Notes: generated by a model from the sequence alone, not told the origin. A DNA stretch of 63,864 nucleotides, filler included, from Octopus bimaculoides (GCF_001194135.2; 7 parts of 5 records of this genome joined end to end with filler, not necessarily neighbours in it); one strand, 5' to 3'. Counted from the first letter of the whole stretch, positions 52,365-63,864 are shown. Numbers and translations: made by a program.

Positions 52365-52765
52365 NNNNNNNNNNNNNNNNNNNNNNNNNNNNNNNNNNNN
52401 NNNNNNNNNNNNNNNNNNNNNNNNNNNNNNNNNNNNNNNNNNNNNNNNTACGTCCCCATTATCTAGCAATTCAGTAAAAGAAACCTATACGATAAGTACT
52501 AGATTGACAAAGAATAAGTCCAGGGGATGGTGGCGACCCTTGCTGTACTCTTTCACCACAACTTTCTCTCACTCTTTCTTCTTGTTTTTGTTGTACCTGT
52601 ATTTCAAAGGGCCAGCCTTGTCACACTGAATCTCCCCGAGAACTACGTTAAGGGTACACGTGTCTGTGGAGTGCTCAGCCACTTGCACGCTAATTTCACG
52701 AGCAAGCTGTTCCGTTGATCGGATCAACTGGAACCCTCGTCGTCGTAACCGACGGAGTGCCAACC
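52160..52765 (+). mobile_element. Chimeric SINE: family A 5' part fused at about 52520 to family E 3' part
   Basis: ...GAATAAGTCC|AGGGGATGGTGGCGACCCT... switches family at a shared GGGG. Confidence 0.7.
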
Positions 52766-52871
52766 AAACTAACCAGGTGTTGTTTAATCCAAGGACATCT
52801 CTGATTGAGCAGATCTAAGTCCAAAGGCGTTCCAAACTTGAACATCCCGTTTTTAATTTTTAGGCGTAAAA

Positions 52872-53176
52872 CAGGTACAGAACCATTTATCCGACAACCT
52901 TGGGGCCGGAGGTGGTCCGGATTTCTGAACTCAGGCTAAATATATACCGAAAATATAAAATAAACAAAGAAAAGTAAAGAACAAAATTATATAACATATA
53001 CAAATTAATACATTTCTAAAGCAGGGTCTGTTTGATCTGGCGTCGTGTGATGCATGCGCCACGGAAACCTAAATAAAGCGGCCGTGCGGTGAACTACAAC
53101 AGCCCACAAAATTCAAAACTAGCCAGTTTCAAAAGTAGCCGGATTTCTGGATTCCGGATAAGAAGTTCGGTACCTG
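52872..53176. mobile_element. pogo/Tigger-like MITE
   Basis: Ends CAGGTACAGAACCATTTATCCG and CGGATAAGAAGTTCGGTACCTG, with TA on the right flank (AA on the left). Confidence 0.7.
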
Positions 53177-53577
53177 TATACAGTAGAGTGTACCCCACTT
53201 TGTTTTTTTCTTTCAAGACAGCAAGTTACGATTCGAAGAACATCTGACTACCGTTTCTAGAGCAGGTCGAGCGACCTGGTGGAGGCTCATCTACAAAGTT
53301 TCCTCTTTAGTTAATTCTGATACCGGACATAACTTGCGGCATTGGTTTCGTTTGAGCTAGTACTAAAGGTCTAATACTGCCACATCTTAATGACAAACGA
53401 TTTGGGAAGTGATGTTCACGAATTTCCCAAGGATCAACCACGAAAATTAAATTCAATTGCATCAAACGGGAATAAGACGCCGGATAATGAATTTTGCATC
53501 CTACTTTAACGATTCTTCTAATTCAGCAATCTTATAAAAATATTGATTTTTCTTTTTCTTTTTTAACTGGAAACAAG

Positions 53578-53598
53578 CTTGAGGGCGAGTATGCTTTG
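53578..53598 (+). CDS. Candidate 21-nt microexon (LEGEYAL)
   Basis: Long T-rich tract, then AAACAAG acceptor, TTG|GTAAGA donor, frame-preserving length. No partner exons identified. Confidence 0.15.
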
Positions 53599-56500
53599 GT
53601 AAGATGTACCATGGTTTCGCTAATTATTTTAAGTCGCTATGTAGTCATGAGCAACAGTCATAGACACCTTCACGGCCTCCTCTCCTCTGACCAAACGGAA
53701 CATCCAGGATGTGTCAGCTGGAAAGTACAAGAGCTGCACTTGCACTTGGCTGGTACTTGTTTCAGTTGAGTACACTGGACTAATGTGATATGAAATGCTT
53801 CCTCAAGGACATAACGCGCCTCTTTATCCAGGACTTGAACTCACGACGCTATGATAATGAACTGACCATCATAACCGCTTTCACATAGAAGAGGATTGGA
53901 CTGGATTGCTTGTGTTTAGTCCACTGCAGGATGAAGGCCTCGGCATGATCTCTTCATCAACTACGATCTGATGAGGAGGCCGTTAATTTGAACTCGAGAT
54001 CATACTGGTTTGATGAGTCTACTCTTTCACACTGGATCTATATGGCTTGGCAGAGGGATGCAGTTTTTATACTCTTACCCAGAAGTTGAGTCTATTATAA
54101 CGACACCCATGCTCAAGTGGTACTTATTTTATTGACCCCAAAGGGATGAAAGGCAAAGTCCACCTAGGTGGAATTTGAACCCAGAACATAAGGACAGACG
54201 AAATACTGCTATGCATTTTGTCTGGCGCGCTAACGATTCTGGCAGCTTGCCGCCTTCCATACAGAGAAGAATCGGTCGAAAAGATCCAGTATGTTACTGG
54301 TAATGATTTTATTGATCCGAATGACTGAGTCGGAATTTCAATTGACAGTGGAACTTAGAAGTAAAAAAAAAAAATCAAAATACTACGAGAGAACAATGAA
54401 CCCAAGACTCAACTGGTTTGTTAACTTCCATTACTTTTTCAAAATTGATGATGACAAAAAGGATTTTAAGTTGTTTAATCGATCCAGCATAAACCTGATA
54501 CTTATTTTAGCGATCCGAGAATAATAAAATTGAAAAGTAAAATAAATCATAATAAAATAAACGAGCTTTTTAAGATTTAAAACTCTGGTCACAAAAAGGA
54601 TTAAAGTAACACCTAGCCCGCTATTTCTAGTAGGTCGAGAGATCACTTAGAAAAAGCGATGGGGAACACCTAACCTGCGAGCGAAATTTTGCCTGTATTC
54701 AAATTTGAAACCACCCCCTGACGAACTCTCTAAAAAATTAGGTTAATCCATGAGATTAAACCAGTAATTAATATAAGTTATTTGTGAATTAGAAAAGTTT
54801 GTAAAATTAACGAGATATTATTTTTCTCAAACTAGCTGTCTCCACAGATCCTTATACACCTGAAAAGTTGCCTTTGGTAGCAAAATGATTTGCCACCTTT
54901 GGTTCTTAGAGACACCCTAAATAAAGATTGTGGGAAATGTTAAAAAAAAAATGGAAATAACGGGAACTATTTGTAAAGATTATATCAAGTAAAGAAACTA
55001 TAATTGTTAAGGCTGATACACAAGTGCTTACACGAGTTAAATAATCATTTTCATTAGCTTACAGTCGTTTCTGCTATAATATAAATTGCACGTAGAGCTG
55101 CATTCTCGTGCAAGACCTTACAGCTTTCTCAACGCCATTTAAATGAAGTGTATCATTATTGAGGAAAGCATCTATACACACATGCACACTAGTAATTTTT
55201 AATGTTTCCGCTTCAAGCCTTACGCCAACTTCTTATGTCCTACATTGTCTGCTCGCCTAACTACTTGTCTCGTTTACACGTTACACTCAGGATATTTCTG
55301 TGTTTCTCCCTCAGCTTCCCACCACCTATCTATTCATCTAATTACTTACTCTCTCTTTATAAATACCTCACTATCTATCTATCTATCTATCCTCTTTTAC
55401 TAGTTTCAGTCATTTGACTGTGGCCATGCTGGAGCACCGCCTTTAGTCGAGCAAATCGACCCCATGACTTATTCTTTGGAAGCCTAATACTTATTCTATC
55501 GGTCTTTTTTGCCGAACCGCTAAGTAACGGGGACGTAAACACACCAGCATCGGTTGTCAGGCAATGCTAGGGGGACAAACACAGACACGCAAACATACAC
55601 ACACACACATATATATATATATACATATAAACGACAGGCTTCTTTCAGTTTCCGTCTACCAAATCCACTCACAAGGTTTTGGTCGGGCCAAGGCTATAAT
55701 AGAAGAGATTTGCCCACGGTGCCACACAGTGGGACTGAACCCGGAACCATGTGGTTGGGAAGCAAGCTTCTTATCACACAACCACTCCTCACCCTATGTA
55801 TGTATGTATGTATGTATGTATGTGAGTGTATATATAATTTTGTACGTATATANNNNNNNNNNNNNNNNNNNNNNNNNNNNNNNNNNNNNNNNNNNNNNNN
55901 NNNNNNNNNNNNNNNNNNNNNNNNNNNNNNNNNNNNNNNNNNNNNNNNNNNNNNNNNNNNNNNNNNNNNNNNNNNNNNNNNNNNNNNNNNNNNNNNNNNN
56001 NNNNNNNNNNNNNNNNNNNNNNNNNNNNNNNNNNNNNNNNNNNNNNNNNNNNNNNNNNNNNNNNNNNNNNNNNNNNNNNNNNNNNNNNNNNNNNNNNNNN
56101 NNNNNNNNNNNNNNNNNNNNNNNNNNNNNNNNNNNNNNNNNNNNNNNNNNNNNNNNNNNNNNNNNNNNNNNNNNNNNNNNNNNNNNNNNNNNNNNNNNNN
56201 NNNNNNNNNNNNNNNNNNNNNNNNNNNNNNNNNNNNNNNNNNNNNNNNNNNNNNNNNNNNNNNNNNNNNNNNNNNNNNNNNNNNNNNNNNNNNNNNNNNN
56301 NNNNNNNNNNNNNNNNNNNNNNNNNNNNNNNNNNNNNNNNNNNNNNNNNNNNNNNNNNNNNNNNNNNNNNNNNNNNNNNNNNNNNNNNNNNNNNNNNNNN
56401 NNNNNNNNNNNNNNNNNNNNNNNNNNNNNNNNNNNNNNNNNNNNNNNNNNNNNNNNNNNNNNNNNNNNNNNNNNNNNNNNNNNNNNNNNNNNNNNNNNNN

Positions 56501-56720
56501 NNNNNNNNNNNNNNNNNNNNNNNNNNNNNNNNNNNNNNNNNNNNNNNNNNNNNNNNNNNNNNNNNNNNNNNNNNNNNNNNNNNNNNNNNNNNNNNNNNNN
56601 NNNNNNNNNNNNAATAGAGATGGAATCACAGGTGGTCATTGGTCTTTCAAATTCGTACGATATTTTTTACTCTACAAACAAATATAGAGATTGTTCTCTC
56701 TTAGAGATTATTGTATTATA

Positions 56721-56884
56721 AGGAGTGGCTGTGCGGTAAGTAGCTTGCTTACCAACCACATGGTTCCGGGTTCAGTCCCACTGCGTGGCATCTTGGGCAA
56801 GTGTCTTGTACTATAGCCTCGGGCCGACCAAAGCCTTGTGAGTGGATTTGGTAGACGGAAACTGAAAGAAGCCCGTCGTATATA

Positions 56885-56915
<31 letters not shown>

Positions 56916-57128
56916 GTGTGTGTTTGTGGGTCTGTGTTTGCCCCTCCCCCAACATCGCTTGACAACCGATGCTGGTGTGTTTACGTCCCCGTGAATTGGC
57001 GGTTCGGCAAAAGGGTCCGATAGAGTAAGTGCTAGGCTTACAAAGAATAAGTCCCGGGATCGATTTGCTCGACTAAAGGCGGTGCTCCAGCATGGCCACA
57101 GTAAATGACTGAAACAAGTAAAAGAGTA
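56721..57128 (+). mobile_element. SINE family A, full-length reference copy
   Basis: A box TGGCTGTGCGG, B box GGTTCAGTCCC, internal (TA)n/(TG)n, 3' tail GGCGGTGCTCCAGCATGGCCACAGT..GACTGAAACAAGTAAAAGAG. Confidence 0.95.
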
Positions 57129-57149
57129 AACCTACTCTCTGTTCTGTGA

Positions 57150-57468
57150 AGGCGCATGGCTCAGTGGTTAGAGCGTCGAGATTACGATCGTGAGGTTGTG
57201 AGTTCGATTCCCGGACCGGGCTGCATGTTGTGTTCTTGAGCAAGACACTATTTCACGTTGTTCCAGTTAACTCAGCTGTAGAAATGAGTCGTGACATCAC
57301 TTGTGCCAAGCTATATCGGCCCCTTTGCCTTTCCCTTGAATAACATCAGTGGTATGGAGAGGGGAGGCTGGTATGCATGGTCGACTGCTGGCCTTCCATA
57401 AGGACTTGTGCCTCGGAGGGTAACTTTCTAGGTGCAATCCGATGGTCATTCATGACCAAAGGGGATCT
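57150..57468 (+). mobile_element. tRNA-headed SINE family D, full length
   Basis: GGCGCATGGCTCAGTGGTTAGAGCG..GAGTTCGATTCCCGG head followed by about 250 bp of body. Confidence 0.85.
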
Positions 57469-57741
57469 CCTCCACTCACTGTTCTCTCTGTGTGTGAACT
57501 TGGAATCTGCACTTTGGAAATACTATAGAAAGTACTTTTATATAAAAAGTACATGTCTTAATTACCAAAAGCAGATATTTTCACTTAGCTGGGTTGAGTT
57601 GTCTGCACACACAACAGAAATGTTAGGTACAAACACCCCTACATGGAATCTTGGTATTCAATATTCAAATAATATTGTTGGGGTGTGCGGACTATACCGA
57701 ACTAGCAAGTTGCTTCAATTTAAGTACCTAATTCAACTGAA

Positions 57742-57788
<47 letters not shown>

Positions 57789-57792
57789 GTTA

Positions 57793-57948
57793 CAGTGTTA
57801 TAAAAATATACATTTCGCTATTATGCGTGGCATTATATTGTTGGTAAGATGCGTGTGTTTGTAGTAGTTCTGAATTACTACAAACACACGCATCTTACCA
57901 ACAATATCCTTTCATACATAGTAGCGAAATGTACATATTATAACACTG
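57793..57948. mobile_element. 156-bp almost fully palindromic element, probably a Tc1/mariner-type MITE
   Basis: TA-CAGTGTTATAA...TTATAACACTG-TA ends. The inner perfect arms are ATATTGTTGGTAAGATGCGTGTGTTTGTAGTA and TACTACAAACACACGCATCTTACCAACAATAT. Confidence 0.75.
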
Positions 57949-57958
57949 TAACATATTA

Positions 57959-58259
57959 TGTAACCTAATGGGGTTTCTTCTGCACTGTGGGGTGCATTCA
58001 ATTCCATTATGTCGTTCCCCGCCCACTAGGAAGTAGTGCAGATGTAAGCCGAAACGATCACCGTGCTAAATAAAGCTTACTGTACATTGTCTTCCCTATC
58101 AGTCATTTAAAACATGCTAAAAGTGCACCGAGGAATTCCTTACGTAGATCCTACGACTAAAGTGTAACTCCGCAGATGACGCCTGGTAGCTGTATGTGGT
58201 GAACGTGCTCTCAAGGCACACTACTAGGGACACACCCAAAACAGGGTTTGGATGCTACA
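57959..58259 (+). mobile_element. Solo-LTR-like element (~300 bp)
   Basis: TGTAAC...GCTACA termini, internal AATAAA, 5-bp flanks TATTA and TTTTA, homologue at 19323-19635. Confidence 0.6.
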
Positions 58260-58429
58260 TTTTAAAGTCTCCTATCTAAACTTTAATTTTAAACATAACC
58301 CCCCCACACACACACACACACACATATGATAATGAAGACACTTATCAAGCAGAAACGCATGTCGGAATGTAATATGAAGAAAATGCATTAACAAATAAAT
58401 TTTGACGATGCATTATTCTCCATTCTTGA

Positions 58430-58580
58430 TTATGATGTCTTTATTCGACTTCAGAATTTCCTGCAACTCTTCGGAGTGGTCTCCTTGTTTAAGTCAGTGG
58501 ATGCTGCTATAATCCTTGCCTTCAATTCATCTTTGGTATTAGAAGGAGTTTTGTTGGTCTCTCGCTCAACTTTGTTCTTT
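58430..58580 (-). mobile_element. Tc1/mariner-superfamily transposase C-terminal relic
   Basis: NKVERETNKTPSNTKDELKARIIAASTDLNKETTPKSCRKF*SRI. Confidence 0.6.
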
Positions 58581-59309
58581 TACTTCAACCACATGGTCTC
58601 GGGTTCAGTCCCACTGCCTGGCACCTTGGGCAAGTGTCTTCTACTACAGCCTCGGACCGACCAAAGCCTTGTGAGTGGATTTGGTAGACGGAAACTGAAA
58701 GAAGCCTGTCGTATATATATTTATACATGTATATACATGTGTNNNNNNNNNNNNNNNNNNNNNNNNNNNNNNNNNNNNNNNNNNNNTTAATTAATTAANN
58801 NNNNNNNNNNNNNNNNNNNNNNNNNNNNNNNNNNNNNNNNNNATATATATATATATATATGGCAAAAGTAGCATTAATCTTTTTGGTCGTTCAACTTTTC
58901 TCAACTGATTAATAGAACAATTCAGTTACGAACCTATAATGAATACTGGAAACAGCTGTAAGCCAGATATACTCCAATAAAGGGAAAATATGTAATGACC
59001 ATTATACCTTTCCTTGTATATATATATTCTTTTATTCTTTGCCTTCTTTCGGTTACTTGACTGCAGCTATGCTGGAGCATCACCTTTAGTCGAACGAATC
59101 GACCACAGGACTTATTCTTTGTAAGCCTAGTACCTATCCTATCGGTTCTCTTTTGCCGAACTGCTAATTTACGGGGACATAAACACACCAAAATCGGTTG
59201 TCAAGCGATGATGAGGTGGTGGTGGACAAACACAGATACACAAACATATATACCAGAGTTAACACAGATACATCAAAAACTACTAATTAACTGCGTCATT
59301 CGTCCTCAC

Positions 59310-59438
59310 ATAACTTATGGACGTACGGTCTGGAATACACGAAAGTGTTTCAATAGCAGATAAATATTGTCCACCAGTTGTTGTGGTATTGCTACATGTA
59401 TTTCTACCCTTTTGCGCTCCATCAGTAATAAGTACCCA
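59310..59438 (-). CDS. Candidate 129-nt exon (WVLITDGAQKGRNTCSNTTTTGGQYLSAIETLSCIPDRTSISY)
   Basis: ATTGTTCAG acceptor, TAT|GTGAGG donor, phase 0/0, unique sequence. No family recognised. Confidence 0.25.
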
Positions 59439-60435
59439 CTGAACAATTGCATGTTGAGACACAATCACTGATGTTGTAATATGATGAAAAATCACTGACG
59501 TTGCACAAAACGTATTTTTATTCAGTCAACCAGTTAATTGCAAGAGTGATACATCATGCAGATATAAGCCTATACATCTGTCTGTCTGTCTGTCTATCGT
59601 TTTATCTATCTGTATATACACACACACACAGACACACCTTTATGCACGTGTACATACACGCACGTCACGTGTATATAGACATATGTATATGCATATATAA
59701 ATATATACATACGTATATATATATNNNNNNNNNNNNNNNNNNNNNNNNNNNNNNNNNNNNNNNNNNNNNNNNNNNNNNNNNNNNNNNNNNNNNNNNNNNN
59801 NNNNNNNNNNNNNNNNNNNNNNNNACAGACAGACAGATAGATAGAGAGATGTGTGAGTGTGTATCATTGTGTATGTTGTGCCCCATCACCGAATAACAAC
59901 TGATTTTGGTTTGTTTACGTTCCATTTAACTAGTGGTTCGTCAAAAGACATCGATGAAATAAGTTTTTATCTAAAATACATAAGTACTGGTGCCGTTTTG
60001 TTCTGCTAAACCCCTTAGTTTAGATGTGTGGGTGGGGGTGCGCCCGCATGGATGCGACAGAATGAATTATCAATTTAGAACATACAAATATAAATATATT
60101 TCACACGACGAAGTATTTTAAGATTCTCTGTAAAAGAATGTGAAAAAAGAAGGCATGCGATGAGCGATTTGATAATACAGGGTAAGGATAAAAAGAGAGA
60201 GAGAGGGTGGAGAATGGGAGGCAGAAAAAGAGAGGCAGACAGACAGACGTGCTGAGTGATAGGCAGAAAGAGAGAGAGAAAGGGAGACAAAGAGAGGGAT
60301 AGAGCGGAAAAGAGAGAAGCAAGAAGAATTGCTGATGATGTAAATATGGTCTTATCGACATGTTTGTGTAAAGATAAGAAGCGGAGCACTATTAGAGCGA
60401 TCGAGTTACGTACTCTAACACACTAGGTCCTGTAA

Positions 60436-60488
60436 TAACAACAACAACAACAACAACAATAGCAACAATAATAATAATAAAAATAATG

Positions 60489-60531
<43 letters not shown>

Positions 60532-60542
60532 TAATAATAATG

Positions 60543-60615
<73 letters not shown>

Positions 60616-60626
60616 CAAAAATAATA
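60436..60626. repeat. (CAA)n-(TAA)n microsatellite
   Basis: Directly visible. Confidence 0.95.
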
Positions 60627-61362
60627 GCGATATAAATGGTTGTTCGTGAAGTAGGTCTTCCTGCAATGGTGACGTACTTATAGTATATAGGTCGCGAGAA
60701 GACACATGATCTGCGTATGTGTATGTGGGGGGTGGGGGTATTTTTATTTTTCTTGTTTCGGTTGTTGGACTGCGACCGCAGTTCTTAATTTTAAACCCTG
60801 GTGCTCATTCTGTCGGTGATTTTGGCCGAACCGGTGTGTCGCGGGGAGGGGCGTAAACTAACCAATACCAGTTGTCAAGCAATGGTGGGAAACAAACACA
60901 CACACACACACACACTCATATACGTATATACGACGGGCTTCTTTCAGTTTCCGTCCGCCAAATCCACTCACAAGGATTTGGTCGCCCTAAGGCTATAGTA
61001 GGAGATATTCTCTCAAGGTGCCATGCAGGGGAACTGAACCCCAAACTGTGTGGCTGGAGAGCAAACTTCTAGCCACACAGCCACGCTTGTGTGTATGTGT
61101 GTGTGTGTATGTATATATATTGTACTAATAATAATCTTTGGTCAGAATTCATAAATATTTAAATGTATCACTATGCTATTTATAAATTCCATCCAAGGAT
61201 TATTGTTATTATTACTATATTTATCCTACATTATATCGGTACAGCTCAGTGCAAACCCCCAAAAAGACTGGTCCACCAGTCAGCATCATTAGATTGTGGC
61301 TGGCATAATGAAATAGGAGCTTTATTTGCACATTAAAAACATTTTCCTTAAGCAAATTTAAA

Positions 61363-61395
<33 letters not shown>

Positions 61396-61397
<2 letters not shown>

Positions 61398-62600
61398 AAG
61401 CTTTTGATAAAGTGGATAATGGTATGATGTGCTACAAACTGCGTAATCCCGGCATAGCTGGAAAACTTGGAGAGTGGTTACATGACTTTCTGAAAGATTG
61501 AGGTCAGGCAGTAGTGGCCAGTGGAACCACTTCAAAGAAAATAGAGATAGTGAGTGGTGTTCCACAGGGCATTGTCTTGGAACCACTGTTTTTCATAGTG
61601 GCCTTCTCAGATATGCCCTCAGCTGCCCGGATAGTCACTTTTGCTAGCTACGCAGACGATACGAAAGTCTCGCAGAAAATACAAAACCCTAGCGATGTTG
61701 CACATCTGCAGCAGGAGTTGGACTCAATTTACAGATGGGCCGAGGATAATAATATGCAGTTTAATGCTGAAAAATTCCAAGCCCTGCGCTACCAGCGTCC
61801 AAAACTGAATATAAAACTTACAGGGTCCACGGGTCCACAGAGGATTACAATCCCAGAGCCTAAATCAGTGAGGGACCTGGGTATCGATACGAGTGTTAAT
61901 ACCTCTTTCCAAGTGCACATTACCAGGATGGCGACACAGTGCAGACAACTGGCTGGCTGGATCCTGAGGACCATGGTGGTCCTCTGGAGGACATTCGTCC
62001 ACAGCTACCTGGACAACTGTTCCCAGCTATGGTCACTCAACAGTGTAAAACAAACAGCGGACCTTGAAGAAATCCAGCGAAGCTTCACAAAGAAGATTGT
62101 CTCGTTGCAACAGCTCAGCTACTAGGAAAGGCTGAAACAGCTAAAACTCTACCCCCTCGGGCGAAGGTGGGAGAGATATGCCGTAATATACATCAGAAAG
62201 ATCCTGGAATGGATTGTGTCAAATTTTGGCATTGAAAGCTACACAAATGCCAGAACGGGTCGCCACTGCACAGTGCCAAAGATTTCAGCAATGCCATCGC
62301 GCTTCAGGACCGGTTACTGCAACAGCCTGGGTTTCAGGGGCCCACAGCTTTTTAACATTCTCCCAAAGAGCATGAGGGATCTACACAAAGTGGATGTGTA
62401 GATCCCTCATGCTCTAGATTTCTTCCTGTGAAGAGTCCCTGATGAACCTACCTCGCAGCAGGAGGCGCAAATGAGGGTAGCGACATCAAACACCCTTATT
62501 CACATACCAGAGGAGGCTCTCAATAATAACAGTGAAGGAAAACGGCGGTGCCCCAGTATGGCCACAGCTTTGAGCTGAAACTGATAAAACAATAAAGCAA
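61396..62600 (+). mobile_element. 5'-truncated CR1-clade LINE (RT domain to 3' end), pseudogenised
   Basis: KAFDKVD..SGVPQGIVLEPLFF..SYADDTKV..NMQFNAEKFQ..SVRDLGI..YLDNCSQLWS..LEEIQRSFT..GPQLFNILP..VPDEP, then a 3' tail. Confidence 0.95.
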
Positions 62601-62739
62601 AAACAATATATATATATTAAAAATAGGGAAGGCCTGTTTNNNNNNNNNNNNNNNNNNNNNNNNNNNNNNNNNNNNNNNNNNNNTTAATTAATTAANNNNN
62701 NNNNNNNNNNNNNNNNNNNNNNNNNNNNNNNNNNNNNNN

Positions 62740-63430
62740 GCGGATGCAGATGAAACAAAATATGAAGAGATGAAGCAAATTACCTGCATCGATTATACAA
62801 GAAGGTATGAAAAGCGCGTTAGATTCTTCAAGGACAGCAACATGTTCAAATATAACCCCAAATATTTTTACAGAAAGATAGGGAAAATATCAGTTGCAGT
62901 AAAGTCTGTCCCATCAAAAGAAGAAATGCAAGAATTTTAGAATAAAATTTGGGCAGAAGAAAAAACACACAATGAAAAGGCCCCTTGAATTGATAGAATA
63001 TCAACAGACTTAGACTCCTTAGAGGAGAAAAAGTGGGAGGGTGTCAAGGTAGAGGATGTAAGATCTGCTCTCAAGAGATCAAACAAATGGAAGTCTCCAG
63101 GAAAGGATAAAATTCCTAACTTCTGGTTGAATGCCTTCCCAGAGAGCCATGAACTGCTAACAAAACTTTACAACGATGTTTTGCAACATCCTAGTATGGT
63201 GCCCTCTCGGCTAGTTAATGGTTTAACATTCCTGCTTCCAAAAAATGAAGAAGCAAATGAGCCAAAAAATTATCGACCCATAACCTGCTTAACAACAGTG
63301 TATAAAACGCAAACATCTGTCCTGACTGAATATACCTATAGTTTTTTAATAGAAAGCAGCATATTCCCTAATGAGCAAAAAGGATGTAAACGTGGATCTT
63401 ATGGTTGTAAATATCAGCTACTTATCAATA
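62740..63430 (+). mobile_element. R4/Dong-like RT N-terminal fragment, truncated by a family C SINE
   Basis: NKWKSPGKDKIPNFWLNAF..LLPK..PKNYRPITCL..PNEQKGCKRGSYGCKYQLLINK. Confidence 0.9.
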
Positions 63431-63864
63431 AGAGACCAACAATTTCGGGAAGAGGATAAGTCGATTTCATTGACCCCCAGTTGTTTGACTGGTACTTATT
63501 TTAGCGACCTCGAAAGGAGAAAGGATAAAGCCGACCCCAGTATAATTTGAACTCAGATCGTAAAGACGGACGAAATAATAATAATAATTAATACTCTGAT
63601 ACAATACCAAGCAGTGGTTCGCATGGCTTCTTATTTTAACTGATTGAAAGTGTTCACACGTATGTGTTTTGTCTTGGTGTAAAATATAGTCTAACTGGTC
63701 GCGATATACTTGAGTGAGACCAATAATAATAATCCCCACTAATATAGGCAAAAAGCCTGAAGTTTGGGGGAGGGGTATAGTCGATTACAACGACCCCAGT
63801 GTTTCACTGGTACCTATTTTATCGACCCCGAATGGATGAAAGGCAAAGTCGACCTCGGGGGAAT

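Noticed and set aside
53960-54005. CTGATGAGGAGGCC...GAACTCGAGATC as a hammerhead; also the Penelope-like word at about 49100-49140 (minus)
   Set aside because: GAAA is incomplete and stems I and II cannot be formed by hand. At most these are relics.
57150-57225. tRNA-like sequence (also 48370-48443 minus)
   Set aside because: Has A and B boxes but no proper acceptor stem, continues into a SINE body, and has homologues elsewhere in the window. These are SINE heads, not tRNA genes.

Overview
AT-rich, repeat-saturated eukaryotic DNA, most likely an octopod cephalopod. This is my inference from recalled octopus SINE sequences and the very dense (CA)/(TA)/(GA)/(TAA)/(ACC) microsatellites, and I have not confirmed it by search. 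The window has many N gaps plus six artificial 100-bp N44-TTAATTAATTAA-N44 joins, so long-range order across those joins is uncertain. Almost all ORF-track ORFs are microsatellite or gap artefacts. Real coding-derived sequence is mostly dead transposons: RTE (BovB-like, plus a second RTE with an inversion), CR1-clade, R4/Dong-like RT and RLE fragments, a TIR-bounded mariner and Tc1-like relics. There are also at least five SINE-like families, several MITEs and two related solo-LTR-like sequences. No intact recognisable host gene is present, but phase-compatible minus-strand exon candidates (38.9, 27.1, 26.3, 17.2 and 16.1 kb) downstream of a CpG/GCC-rich promoter-like patch at about 40.2 kb suggest an unannotated multi-exon gene. 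The most notable observations are: (1) two hand-foldable type I hammerhead ribozymes, at 24443-24512 (-) and 25579-25625 (+), the second with a compensatory U3-A8 core and a structured GC-rich downstream unit, suggesting a retrozyme or Penelope-type self-cleaving RNA; (2) a MITE family with GGATCT ends and 8-bp TSDs that carries (TTAGGG)n; (3) two long hairpins; (4) a 3' tail shared between a LINE and a SINE. All structures were folded and aligned by eye; no software or database was run.
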